Origin: Vulcanimicrobiota bacterium
Lineage (GTDB): Bacteria > Vulcanimicrobiota > Vulcanimicrobiia > Vulcanimicrobiales > Vulcanimicrobiaceae
DNA: 17,600 bases
NCBI GenBank assembly: GCA_003135555.1
Contig: PLCF01000057.1
Location: 1-17,600 of the forward strand
Direction: 5' to 3'
Made by a program: the position numbers and the translations under genes. Position 1 is the stretch's first letter, and every line of letters starts with the position of its first letter. The notes under the pieces are model-generated. The model searched no databases. It was given only the letters and a program-made list of their open reading frames with translations, and had not been told where the DNA came from. Positions 1 to 8,917 of the stretch are shown in pieces.

Positions 1-144
1 GGACTCGTCGTGCTCGGATTCGCGTCGGCCTACGGCGGCCAGCGGTATGCCCGCGGGATCGGTTGGGCCTCCGCGCTCGTGCTCGTCGCTATGGCCGTAG
101 TCGCCGCATTCGGTTTCGGAGTCGCGCCGGCGCCGACGGCGTGA
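1..144 (+). CDS. 3' end of a membrane protein (possibly LysE-type translocator), partial
   Basis: Frame 1 reads GLVVLGFASAYGGQRYARGIGWASALVLVAMAVVAAFGFGVAPAPTA then TGA at 142-144. Hydrophobic, GC3-rich codons. The family guess is weak. Confidence 0.6.
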   Translation, partial: GLVVLGFASAYGGQRYARGIGWASALVLVAMAVVAAFGFGVAPAPTA

Positions 145-240
145 CCCGGACGCGATGAGCGCTTGCCCGATGGATCAGGCGCTGTTCACGAAATTCAGGA
201 TCGACGGGAAGAAGCTCGCCGCCGAGTCCGGCGATCTTTG

Positions 241-1068
241 TCAGGTTCCGGGGCCCTGCTTGTTCGGGTCGCAGCGCGGGATCCCGGGCACGATGCCGAG
301 GCGCTGTGTCTTTGGTACGAGCTTCTTGGCGTGTAGCGCGGCGTTCATGGTATCGAAGAACTGCGCGTCACTGCTCGGCTTCAACATTCGAGTGACGTCG
401 GCGACGCCTCGCTGCGTTTGCCCCAAGCGGACCATGTCGGCGAGATATGCCGCCATCGCGTCGTCCGTCTGGCAGACACCCGGTTGAAAACCGGAACGAT
501 ACGTCGCCAACTCAGTCGTGATCAACTGCGGGTTGGCGGAGGTGACGTCGACAAACGCCCCTGAACGGTATGCCAGCACCAAGATGGGCATGACCACGGT
601 AGACCGGACATCGGGCCGTGTGTAATACGCCGGGTCACTCGTGACGTATACGGCTTGGCCCTTGACCGTGCGTTTCTGGTAACCGTAGATGTCCCAATCG
701 TGGGTCGTTACGCGCGGTGTCTGCGAACCGGGCCCAAAGTCGTACAGCACGCTGACGGTGTGCTCGTCGCGCCCTTCGAAGACGACATCGGCCCACACCA
801 CTGTGTGGCCCGCCGCCGGGTTTTGGGCGAAACGGATCGCGTGTGGACTTAGCCCGGCGGCGACGGCCGGGAGGGCACGGTCCACTGTCACCGGTCCGCG
901 GTGGCTTATCCGGATCCTCGCTGGGGAACTATCGTTGGGAGCGGCCAACAGGACCGCGCGCCACTGGGGGATCTGCGCGGCCAGCGGCGCAGCCGCGGCG
1001 GCACCGGCGGTTGCCGCCGCCACAAGCGCTGCCAGCGCGACCAGACGTCTCAAAGCGAACATTCCCAC
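241..1068 (-). CDS. Secreted hypothetical protein
   Basis: 275-aa ORF with a signal-peptide-like N-terminus (MFALRRLVALAALVAAATAGAAAA). A GGAGG SD lies inside the last codons of cysNC, and the GTG start is 1 nt after the cysNC stop. Alternative ATG at 1062. Confidence 0.75.
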   Translation of the reverse strand: MGMFALRRLVALAALVAAATAGAAAAAPLAAQIPQWRAVLLAAPNDSSPARIRISHRGPVTVDRALPAVAAGLSPHAIRFAQNPAAGHTVVWADVVFEGRDEHTVSVLYDFGPGSQTPRVTTHDWDIYGYQKRTVKGQAVYVTSDPAYYTRPDVRSTVVMPILVLAYRSGAFVDVTSANPQLITTELATYRSGFQPGVCQTDDAMAAYLADMVRLGQTQRGVADVTRMLKPSSDAQFFDTMNAALHAKKLVPKTQRLGIVPGIPRCDPNKQGPGT

Positions 1069-1069
1069 C

Positions 1070-2908
1070 CTAACCTCCTACGCGTCGTTGCGTCCAAGCC
1101 GCGACCGTCTCGATCCGCACGGCGCCGGTTACGAACTCGAGAACCGGCGCGACCGTGCGGTCGATGCTGGTGGCCTCGGTGTCGATCAGCAAGTCGGGCG
1201 CCTCGGGGACGTCGTACACGCCGTCGATTCCGGTGAAGCCGGCGATCTCCCCCGCGCGCGCGCGGGCATAGAGGTGTTTGGGGTCGCGGGCTTCGCACGT
1301 CGCCAGCGACGTGGCGACGTATGCTTCGCGGAACGCTTCGCCGACGATGGCGCGCGCTCTCGATCGATCCGCTGCGGAGGGGGACACGAGCGAGACCAGC
1401 GCGATGCTGCCGCCGTCGGCGAGTATCTTCGCGACCTCGGCGACGCGCCGGATGTTTTCGCGCCGCCCGTCTTCGGAGAAGTCGAGATCGCTGGTGAGGC
1501 CGCCGCGCAGCCGGTCGCCGTCGAGCGTCTGCACCTGGTAGCCGCGGCTGAACAGCTCCCGCTCCACGCGCATTGCGATCGTCGTCTTACCCGACGCCGG
1601 CAGGCCGGTGAGCCACAGTACCAGGCCGCGATGCCCGTGACGCTCGGCGCGCTCGGCGACGCTCACCAGCGGCGTCGTCGGGAAGATGTTGGCCCCGTGC
1701 GGCCGCAGGTCGACCGCGTGCGCGGCGGCGATCGGTTGACCCCGCCGCGCGATCGCGCAACGCTCGTCCAAATCGAGCGCGACCGGAACCGCGGTCCGCA
1801 GCGCCAACCCGTACACCATGCCCGGCGATGCGACGCCGTGCGCGGCGGGTTCGAGCGTGCGCGGGTCGACGGCGTCGAGGATGCCCTCGATGCGGGCAGC
1901 CACATCCGCGCTGCCGACCCGCAGGCGCACCGTCTCGCCGACGTGCGGTGGCTCGCGGTCGAACCAGCAAGCCCGCAGCTGCAACTCGTGGACGGTGACC
2001 GGCGGGTTCGTCTCGTGCGACAACAGCTCGCCGCGGTCGATATACAGCGGCGCGTCGAGGACGACGCCGACCGGCACTCCCGGTCCGGCGGAGCCGGCGT
2101 CGTGCGGCCAACCGCGCAGCGCGGCGACGGTGGCGATTTTCCCCGACGGCGCGATGCGCACGCGGTCGCCAACCGAGATGCGGCCGCTTCGCACCGTCCC
2201 GACGATGATACGGTCCTCGCCGCGGCGATAGACGTCTTGCACCCAGATCCGCAGCGGTTCACGTTCCAGGCTCGCAACGCGCGGCACGATCGTGGCGAGC
2301 AACGCGGCGAGCGTCGGGCCGGTGTACCATCCGGTCCGTTCGGAGCGCGTGACGACGTTGTCGCCGTCGCGTGCCGAAATGGGCACCACGGCGGTCGCCG
2401 CTATCCCGACGGCCTGGAGCGCGAGCCGAGCGGCGCCGGCGACGGCTTCAATGCGCTCGGCGCTCGTGCCGTCGTCGATTTTGTTCACGGCTACGATCAC
2501 GTGTTTGATCGCGAGGAGCCCGAGCAGGTAGATGTGTCGGCGGGTCTGGTCTTCGACGCCGCGTTGAGCATCGATGACGAGCACGGCCGCGTCGGCGTCG
2601 CTGGCCCCCGTCATCGCGTTGGCCAGGAAATCCTCGTGTCCCGGTGCGTCGATGACCACGATACGCCGGTCGCCCAGATGAAACCAGACGCGCGAGGTAT
2701 CGACCGTGACGGCCTGGTCGCGCTCGACCTGCAGCGCGTCGACCGCAAACGACCATTCGGTCTGCAGGCCCCGGCGGCGCGAGCTTTCGACGACTTCGGC
2801 GATTCGCGCCGGCGGGAGCGAGCCGCTATCGAGCAACAACCGCCCGATCAAGGTGGACTTGCCGTGATCGACGTGCCCCAGAATCACCACCCGCACGTCG
2901 GCGCTCAC
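1070..2908 (-). CDS. cysNC: Bifunctional sulfate adenylyltransferase subunit 1 / adenylylsulfate kinase (CysNC, NodQ-like)
   Basis: EF-Tu-like G-domain motifs GHVDHGKST, DAPGH and NKID. C-terminal APS kinase with WLTGLPASGKTT, LDGDRLR, RRENIRRVAEVA, RDPKHLY and FTGID. Overlaps the cysD stop (ATGTGA). Confidence 0.95.
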   Translation of the reverse strand: MSADVRVVILGHVDHGKSTLIGRLLLDSGSLPPARIAEVVESSRRRGLQTEWSFAVDALQVERDQAVTVDTSRVWFHLGDRRIVVIDAPGHEDFLANAMTGASDADAAVLVIDAQRGVEDQTRRHIYLLGLLAIKHVIVAVNKIDDGTSAERIEAVAGAARLALQAVGIAATAVVPISARDGDNVVTRSERTGWYTGPTLAALLATIVPRVASLEREPLRIWVQDVYRRGEDRIIVGTVRSGRISVGDRVRIAPSGKIATVAALRGWPHDAGSAGPGVPVGVVLDAPLYIDRGELLSHETNPPVTVHELQLRACWFDREPPHVGETVRLRVGSADVAARIEGILDAVDPRTLEPAAHGVASPGMVYGLALRTAVPVALDLDERCAIARRGQPIAAAHAVDLRPHGANIFPTTPLVSVAERAERHGHRGLVLWLTGLPASGKTTIAMRVERELFSRGYQVQTLDGDRLRGGLTSDLDFSEDGRRENIRRVAEVAKILADGGSIALVSLVSPSAADRSRARAIVGEAFREAYVATSLATCEARDPKHLYARARAGEIAGFTGIDGVYDVPEAPDLLIDTEATSIDRTVAPVLEFVTGAVRIETVAAWTQRRVGG

Positions 2909-3717
2909 ATGTACCCCGCTTCGCGCAGCCGCTCGAACGACGCCTCGCTCTCGTGATCCATCGTGCGGCCGGCACGTTCGGGCTCACGCGTGTGTGCGAG
3001 CTCGTCGATGATCTCGTCGAGCGACGCTGCATCGCTGACGATCGGGACGGTGATGTTTTTCTCGCCCAGCGAACGGTAGCGTAACCCTTCGCGTGCCAGA
3101 TAGAGTGACACGAACGGGATGTCTTGCGCTTTGTGGTAGCGCCATACGTCGAGCTCGGTCCAGCCAAGCAAAGGGTGGACGCGGACGTGCCCGGCATGCG
3201 GGGTCTCGGTGAGCCTATAGCCCCAGAACTCGGGCGGCTGCTCGCGCACGTTCCAGCGGGCGTCGAGCGAGCGCGGGCTGACGAGGCGTTCCTTGGCCCG
3301 CGTCGCCTGCTCGTCGCGGCGAATTCCGACGAACACCGCGCGATACGCTTCGCGCGCGAGGAGCGCGCGCAAGCCTTCGCTCTTGCGCGCCGCCGCGCGT
3401 GCCTGCGGAGGCAGGCTCGGATCGCAGGACTCCTCGGACGGGCACATCTCGACGTGCAGGTCGAGCTGCCACTCCGCCGCGATCCGATCGCGGAACTCGT
3501 AGACCTCCGGCAGTTCCATCCCGGTATCGAGCAGCACCACCGGCATCGGCACGACGCCCAGGAACGCCTTGCGCATGAGCCACAGGAGCGCCGTACTGTC
3601 CTTGCCCATCGACCACAGGACGCAGCACGGCGCGAACAGGCGATACGCATCGCGTAGAATTGCGATGGCTTCCGCCTCGAGCCCGTCCAGCGCCTTCGCG
3701 ATCGCAGCGTCGTTCAT
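2905..3717 (-). CDS. cysD: Sulfate adenylyltransferase subunit 2
   Basis: LEAEAIAILR, WSMGKDS PP-loop, GIRRDEQATRAKER, RVHPLLGWTELDVWRY, RYRSLG and terminal REAGYM. ATG at 3717 chosen over the track's 3888 start. Confidence 0.93.
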   Translation of the reverse strand: MNDAAIAKALDGLEAEAIAILRDAYRLFAPCCVLWSMGKDSTALLWLMRKAFLGVVPMPVVLLDTGMELPEVYEFRDRIAAEWQLDLHVEMCPSEESCDPSLPPQARAAARKSEGLRALLAREAYRAVFVGIRRDEQATRAKERLVSPRSLDARWNVREQPPEFWGYRLTETPHAGHVRVHPLLGWTELDVWRYHKAQDIPFVSLYLAREGLRYRSLGEKNITVPIVSDAASLDEIIDELAHTREPERAGRTMDHESEASFERLREAGYM

Positions 3718-3833
3718 GCCTACCGCGGCGATGTTTCTGACGTGGCTTGCGGTTTCCCCGCGCGTGAAAAGGGGTCGGGAGCACCGGCCGAACAGCCTAG
3801 GAGCGAGGACGTGTCCTACCAGAGACGAGGCTG

Positions 3834-4142
3834 ATGACGATGGACGATCCGATCGCCTTCGAGAAGTGGACGAGCCGCGCCGAGGCAACCGTTGGGATGT
3901 ACGTCGACTTCGACGTCACCTTCGATCACGTCGACGGTCGCGGTCGATGGGCCGCGCGCGGTCACGCGGCGGCGGCGTGCGCGGAAGGCGCGACGCTGAC
4001 GGTCGTGGAGTACCAGGCCGCCGGCGGTTCGGCCGAAACCCCGGCCGAAGAGCGGCGCTATCCGTGCACGAAGGACGGCGCGCGCCTTGCGGGCGAGCAG
4101 ATCGCGGAGTTCTTGCGCACCGGGCGTCTGGCAAAGGAATGA
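3834..4142 (+). CDS. Hypothetical protein (100-102 aa)
   Basis: ORF with coding-like GC3 bias and GAGG upstream; ATG at 3834 or 3840. No recognised domain. Confidence 0.65.
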   Translation: MTMDDPIAFEKWTSRAEATVGMYVDFDVTFDHVDGRGRWAARGHAAAACAEGATLTVVEYQAAGGSAETPAEERRYPCTKDGARLAGEQIAEFLRTGRLAKE

Positions 4143-4154
4143 GCGCGCGAACAC

Positions 4155-4631
4155 GTGCTGATGAAGCTGGGGCTGGCATGTCTGGTTGTCGGGTTCGCGA
4201 TCATCGGCGCGGGCTGGCTGTTCGGCCGCGCGCCGACAACGGCGACCGCGGTCGTAACTGTTGCGGTGCTCAAACCGACGCCTTCGGCGGCCGACGACGA
4301 CATGAACGATGTGCACGCCCTGAGCACGCTGCTACGCAACGGCGCGAATCTTAGCAAGCGGACGACGATCACGCACTACCTGTATCTCCCGGAACTCGGC
4401 GACGCGCGGGCTGCCGCCGACGCTCTGGAACGGCGCGGTTTCAGCATCGTGCTCGAACGGCCGCTGGCCGCTACGGCGAACTCGGCCGTGCGCACGGACT
4501 GGGGTGTCGTAGCGTCGCGCGGCGAAACGCCGACGATGGACCATTTGCGTGCCACGCGGGCGCTTTTCAAGGCACTCGCTGGGCGCTACCGCGGGTCCTA
4601 CGATGGCTGGGAGGCGGAGGTCGTGCGCTAA
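4155..4631 (+). CDS. RraB-family (ribonuclease E inhibitor-like) domain protein with N-terminal membrane anchor
   Basis: ITHYLYLP...AAADALERRGF...LAGRYRGSYDGWE matches the RraB-domain pattern. Hydrophobic N-terminus KLGLACLVVGFAIIGAGWLF. Start at GTG 4155 or ATG 4161. Confidence 0.75.
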   Translation: MLMKLGLACLVVGFAIIGAGWLFGRAPTTATAVVTVAVLKPTPSAADDDMNDVHALSTLLRNGANLSKRTTITHYLYLPELGDARAAADALERRGFSIVLERPLAATANSAVRTDWGVVASRGETPTMDHLRATRALFKALAGRYRGSYDGWEAEVVR

Positions 4632-4669
4632 GCGGCTAGCCGCGCGCACCCTCCGACGTGCGTTCCGCA

Positions 4670-4696
4670 GGTTCGAGCGGCCCGGAATGCGGGTAC
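4670..4696 (+). promoter_or_regulatory. Putative SigB/SigF-type general-stress promoter (GGTTC-N16-GGGTAC)
   Basis: GGTTC at 4670-4674, 16-nt spacer, GGGTAC at 4691-4696. One mismatch to the actinobacterial SigF consensus GGWWT-N16/17-GGGTAY, just upstream of the AAGGAGG SD of the 4722 gene. Confidence 0.5.
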
Positions 4697-4721
4697 TGCG
4701 TTCTCAAAGGAGGTGTTGCCG

Positions 4722-5018
4722 ATGGCGACCGGTTCGACGGCGACGCGCAAGAAGAGCAGCCGCAAGAAGAGCACCGGCGTACGCAAGAAGACTGCCGGCG
4801 TACGCAAGAAGAGCAGCCGGAAGTACAGCCCCGCCGCGTCGGAGACCGTGCACGAAGAGATGAAGGCCTACAAGAAGGGCACGGCGCGCAGCGGGCCGGG
4901 CGGCAAAGGCGGAAAGGTCAAGAGCCGCAAGCAGGCCATCGCGATCGGTCTCTCCGAGGCGCGCAAAGCAGGCAAGAAGGTGCCGTCACGGCCCGGCGGG
5001 AGCAAGAAGAAGTCCTAG
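4722..5018 (+). CDS. Lys/Arg-rich small protein, DUF6496-like (putative DNA-binding stress protein)
   Basis: Strong SD AAGGAGG before ATG 4722. Core VHEEMKAYKKGTARSG...KVKSRKQAIAIGLSEARKAGKKVP is typical of DUF6496. Confidence 0.85.
   Translation: MATGSTATRKKSSRKKSTGVRKKTAGVRKKSSRKYSPAASETVHEEMKAYKKGTARSGPGGKGGKVKSRKQAIAIGLSEARKAGKKVPSRPGGSKKKS
4746..4823 (+). repeat. Intragenic tandem repeats encoding RKKSS/RKKSTGV/RKKTAGV/RKKSS
   Basis: Four copies of cgcaagaaga, including two near-identical 21-nt units (cgcaagaagagcaccggcgta, cgcaagaagactgccggcgta). Confidence 0.8.
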
Positions 5019-5788
5019 AGATCGTAGTCGATCGTGACGGGCGCGTGATCGGAGAAGCGCTCGTCGCGATAGATCGTTGCCGCGCGCACGCGCGGGGCGA
5101 GGTCCGGGGTGATCAGCTGGTAGTCGATGCGCCAGCCGAGGTTGTTTTCCCATGCCCCCTTCCAGCCCGACCACCAGGTGAACCGCTTGGGGGCCTGGTC
5201 GACCACGCGAAACGCGTCGACCCAGCCGACGCGTTCGATCACGTCGTTCATCCACGCGCGCTCCTGCGGCAGAAACCCGGTGACGCCGGTGCACGACTTC
5301 ACGCTGAAGACGTCGATGTCGCGGTGGGCGATGTTGTAGTCGCCGCAGACGATGAAGGCGTGGCCCTCGCTCTTCATCTGGGCCAGGTTCGCGATGAAGC
5401 GGTCGAGGAAATACTCCTTGACGGTCTGGCGTGCCGGACCGCTGGTGCCCGACGGCACGTACAGCGACGCGATCGACAGGCCGCCCTCGAAGTCCATCCG
5501 GACGAAGCGACCTTCGGCGTCCATATCCTCCATGCCCAACCCGCGGGTGATGGCGGCAGGCGGGCGTTTGGCGTAGATCGCGACCCCGGAGTAGCCTTTC
5601 TTCTGCGCGTCGACGAAGGCGTAGGTGAAGCGTGGGAGGTCGAGCGCCTCGGGCGGGAGCTGGTGCTCCTGCGCCTTGGTCTCCTGGAGGCACACGACGT
5701 CGGGGTCCTGCGCGTCCATCCACGCAAAGAAGCCCTTGCGCGCCGCGGCCCGGATCCCGTTGAGATTGCAGGTGATGACACGGAACAC
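5015..5788 (-). CDS. xth: Exodeoxyribonuclease III / AP endonuclease
   Basis: RVITCNLNGIRA, DVVCLQETK, GYSGVA, EGR, LYVPSG, GDYNIAH, FTWWS, GWRIDY and SDHAPV motifs. GTG at 5788 gives 257 aa. Confidence 0.95.
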   Translation of the reverse strand: MFRVITCNLNGIRAAARKGFFAWMDAQDPDVVCLQETKAQEHQLPPEALDLPRFTYAFVDAQKKGYSGVAIYAKRPPAAITRGLGMEDMDAEGRFVRMDFEGGLSIASLYVPSGTSGPARQTVKEYFLDRFIANLAQMKSEGHAFIVCGDYNIAHRDIDVFSVKSCTGVTGFLPQERAWMNDVIERVGWVDAFRVVDQAPKRFTWWSGWKGAWENNLGWRIDYQLITPDLAPRVRAATIYRDERFSDHAPVTIDYDL

Positions 5789-5792
5789 GAGC

Positions 5793-6773
5793 TTGAAGAT
5801 TGAGCCTGGGAGCTTCCCGATCCCTCGCGACCGGGAGGCAGCCGTGCTGCGTGCCGCCGGCAAGGACGTTACCCTGACCAACCTGCGCAAGCCGTTTTTT
5901 CCCGAGACGGGTGCGACCAAGGGCGATCTGCTGCAATACTACGCCGACGTCGCGCCGTTTTTGGTGCCCTACATGCAGGACCGCGCGCAGGTCATGAAGC
6001 GCTGGCCCAACGGTGCGAGCGGCGAGTTCTTCTACATGAAACGCACGCCGTCCAACGCGCCGCCGTGGCTGCGGACGTGCTCGATCGAGCACGGCTCGGG
6101 GAGCGTCATCGCGTTTCCGATGATCGACGACCTGGCGTCGCTGCTGTGGCTCATCAATCTCGGCTGCATCGACCTCAACGAGTGGTATTCGCGCTGCGAC
6201 GACATCGACCGGCCGGACTACCTGCACTTCGATCTCGACCCGGTCAAAGATGGCGCCACCCCGTTCTCGACCGTCCGTAACGTGGCGCTCTACGTGCACG
6301 AAGCGCTCGACGACCTCGGCATCCCCGCCTACGCCAAGACCTCGGGCTCGGCCGGTATCCACGTTTACGTGCCGATCGAGCGCGGCCCGTTGCAAAAGGA
6401 AGTCTGGACGTTCGCCAAGGCCTTCGCGCAAACGATGGAACGCCTGCACCCCGACGTGATCACCGCCGAGTACCGTATCGCGAAGCGCCCCACCGGCCGC
6501 GTGCTCGTCGACTACAACCAGAACGCCTGGGGGAAGACCTTGGCCTCGGTGTACTCCGTGCGCGCCAAACCCAAAGCCAGCGTCTCGACCCCGGTTACGT
6601 GGGACGAGATAGCAGCCGGCATCGAGATCGAAGACTTTCGCCTGGACAACGTGCGCGAGCGCCTCGTTCGAGTCGGCGACCTATGGGCCCCGATGAAGCA
6701 AAAAACCGGCCGGCTCAAACTCGAACGCTTCATCCCCGAACCGATCGCGAAGGCTCGTCGCACGCGCTCCTGA
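5793..6773 (+). CDS. Standalone LigD-type primase-polymerase domain protein (Prim-Pol)
   Basis: LTNLRKPFFP, TKGDLLQYY, MKRWPNG, FFYMK, RPDYLHFDLDP, KTSGSAGIHV, LVDYNQN, SVYSVRA and VSTPVTWDE. No ligase or phosphoesterase domain. Start uncertain: TTG 5793, or GTG 5844 which has a GGGAGG SD. Confidence 0.92.
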   Translation: MKIEPGSFPIPRDREAAVLRAAGKDVTLTNLRKPFFPETGATKGDLLQYYADVAPFLVPYMQDRAQVMKRWPNGASGEFFYMKRTPSNAPPWLRTCSIEHGSGSVIAFPMIDDLASLLWLINLGCIDLNEWYSRCDDIDRPDYLHFDLDPVKDGATPFSTVRNVALYVHEALDDLGIPAYAKTSGSAGIHVYVPIERGPLQKEVWTFAKAFAQTMERLHPDVITAEYRIAKRPTGRVLVDYNQNAWGKTLASVYSVRAKPKASVSTPVTWDEIAAGIEIEDFRLDNVRERLVRVGDLWAPMKQKTGRLKLERFIPEPIAKARRTRS

Positions 6774-6782
6774 CCTGCGAAT

Positions 6783-8864
6783 CTACCCCGCCGAGGCGGT
6801 CGCGAAGACCGGTCCGCCGTCCTCGGCGGGCGCGGCCGACGCCGGCGTCGCGCCGCGACCGAGCCGGAACCGGCTCACGAGCTCGCGCATCCGCGTGGCG
6901 GTGGCGTCGAGCGTGCTGGCCTCGAGGCGCACCTGCGCGGCGTCGAGCTCCATGCGAACCGCGGAGGTCGATACCTCCGAGGTGTTGCGCGCGTTCTCGT
7001 CCGCCGTCGCGGCGATCGCCCCGATCGCCCGCGCCAGCTCGCCGGTCTGTGACGCCATCTCCTCGGTCGCCGACGAGTTCTGCTCGACGACGGCGTTGAT
7101 CGAGTCCATCGACTGTCCCACGCTGCGCGCACCCTGGGCCATCTCGCGCATCGCCTCGGCGATGTCGCCGACGTGCTCGACGGTGCGATCGACCGCGGCG
7201 ATGATGTCGTCGAGCGCGGCGCTGGCCGCGCCCACCTTGGCGGTGCCTCGATCGGCGATCGCCGCGCCGGCTTCGGCGGCGCTGACGGCTTCGCGCGTGC
7301 GGCGCTGAACCTCGACGATGAGCCCGCCGATCGCTTTGGTCTGGCCCGACGCCGATTCGGCGAGCTTGCGAACCTCGTCGGCGACGACGGCAAAGCCGCG
7401 GCCGTGTTCGCCCGCCCGCGCAGCCTCGATCGCTGCATTGAGCGCGAGCAAATTGGTCTGGTCGGTGAGCGTGTCGATCGTCTCGACCACGACGCCGATC
7501 TGCGCCGAGATGTCGCCCAGCTCGCGAATCTTGGCGGCCGCATCGGCGACGCCGCGCTGAATCGCGCGCATGTCGTCGATCGTTTCTGTCACGGCTTTGG
7601 CGCCGCTCTGGGCGGTCGTGCGCGTTCCGTTGCCGTCGGAGGCCAGCCCCGAGGTGATGCCCGCGACGCGTTCGACGTCACCGGCCATGCGCTGCGCATC
7701 GCTCGACGCGGCGCGAACCTGAATCGCCTGATCGACTGCCCCGCGGGCGATCCCTTCGATCGCCGCTTCGAACTGGCGCACGATGACGTTGGAGGTTTCC
7801 GCGGCGGTCGACAGGTCGGACGAACCGGAGGCCAGCTCGCGCACGGCGACGCCGACGCCGGTGACGATCTCGGCGGAGCACGAAGCGGCCAGATCGAGCG
7901 CATGGGCGTGCTCGGCGAGCTCCGCCGACGAGGCTTGCAATGCCAACACGACCTCGCGCAGCGTGTCGGTCATTCGGGCAACCGCCAGACCCAGCCGGTC
8001 GTCGCCGCTCGCCGGCGCGATCGCGCGCGAGAGATCGCCGTCGGCGATCGCCTCGGCGTGTTCGGCCAAGGCGCGCTGGTAGTCGACGATGCGTGCGAAG
8101 GCGCCGGCGACGCGTCCCAGCTCGTCGGGGCCGGCCAGCGTGCCGACGTCGGCGACCCGCCCTTCGGCGAGCGCCTCGGCGCTGCCGGCGAGCGCGCGAG
8201 CGTCGCGCGACAACGGCCGCACGATCAGCCACAGCAGCACCAGTACGACGACGATCGCCGCGACGGCCGACCCAAACACGGAGATGAAGGCCCGCGCGAC
8301 CGCGTCGTTCACCGCGTCGAGTGGGACGCCGTCGTAGAGGATTCCGATCGGTTCGCCGAGATCGTTGCGGATCGTGGCGTACTGATTGACGTACGGACTG
8401 CCCTCGATGCGGCTGGTGCCAATGAAGTCTTTACCGTTCTGAAACGCCTCGCGAGCGGGGCCGGTGAGCTCGACGCCGAGGATGCGTTTGTCGCCCTTCA
8501 TCAGCGTCGTGGCGACCGCGATGGGCTTGCCGCCGATTACTTGATAAACGATCGCGTCGGCGCCGGTGACCTCTTTGACGCGGTCGACGATGGCGACGTT
8601 TCCGTTCTGGACCGTCGTCCCGAACGCGAGCTTGCCGGTGCGGTCGAGACGAATCTCGCCTTCCGCATCGGCGAAACCGCGCAGCACTTTTGCCCCCGAC
8701 GCGACACGAGCCCGCATCTCGCCTTCGACGGTCTGGGCGATGTCGCGACGGAGTACCAACAGCAGCATCGCCGCGAAGGCCAGGAACACCGCAGCGGTGA
8801 CCACCAAGATTCGCGTGGCCAGCGAGTGCCGCCACCAATCGAGGAGGCCCAAATTTTTCCTCAC
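6783..8864 (-). CDS. Methyl-accepting chemotaxis protein (TM-Cache-TM-HAMP-HAMP-MCP signal)
   Basis: Two TM segments flank a Cache-like sensor. HAMP-like [10 protein letters not shown] and [11 protein letters not shown]. Hairpin tip [35 protein letters not shown]. Confidence 0.95.
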   Translation of the reverse strand: MRKNLGLLDWWRHSLATRILVVTAAVFLAFAAMLLLVLRRDIAQTVEGEMRARVASGAKVLRGFADAEGEIRLDRTGKLAFGTTVQNGNVAIVDRVKEVTGADAIVYQVIGGKPIAVATTLMKGDKRILGVELTGPAREAFQNGKDFIGTSRIEGSPYVNQYATIRNDLGEPIGILYDGVPLDAVNDAVARAFISVFGSAVAAIVVVLVLLWLIVRPLSRDARALAGSAEALAEGRVADVGTLAGPDELGRVAGAFARIVDYQRALAEHAEAIADGDLSRAIAPASGDDRLGLAVARMTDTLREVVLALQASSAELAEHAHALDLAASCSAEIVTGVGVAVRELASGSSDLSTAAETSNVIVRQFEAAIEGIARGAVDQAIQVRAASSDAQRMAGDVERVAGITSGLASDGNGTRTTAQSGAKAVTETIDDMRAIQRGVADAAAKIRELGDISAQIGVVVETIDTLTDQTNLLALNAAIEAARAGEHGRGFAVVADEVRKLAESASGQTKAIGGLIVEVQRRTREAVSAAEAGAAIADRGTAKVGAASAALDDIIAAVDRTVEHVGDIAEAMREMAQGARSVGQSMDSINAVVEQNSSATEEMASQTGELARAIGAIAATADENARNTSEVSTSAVRMELDAAQVRLEASTLDATATRMRELVSRFRLGRGATPASAAPAEDGGPVFATASAG

Positions 8865-8917
8865 TCCAACCTAGCATCGGCCGGAACCGGCCCAGGATTG
8901 AAGGGTAGGAGCTGCCC

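Noticed and set aside
175..243. In-frame 21-codon extension (QRSPDSAASFFPSILNFVNSA) after the TGA of ORF 241..1068, with a CGCCG/CGGCG hairpin at 220-233, suggesting selenocysteine or readthrough
   Set aside because: No redox-motif context, the 5-bp GC stem lacks clear SECIS features, and such open stretches are expected by chance at high GC.
689..2956. 755-aa plus-strand ORF and other long antisense ORFs (4986..6449, 7173..8921, 11975..13423, 14005..16320)
   Set aside because: Shadow frames of well-supported genes in high-GC DNA; Arg/Ala-rich with no motifs.
3718..3833. Possible SAM or other riboswitch upstream of cysD
   Set aside because: No conserved core of a riboswitch class I know could be matched; an Rfam/Infernal scan would be needed.
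4746..4823. Short repeats as a CRISPR-like array
   Set aside because: They are in-frame coding repeats without unique spacers, and there are no cas genes.
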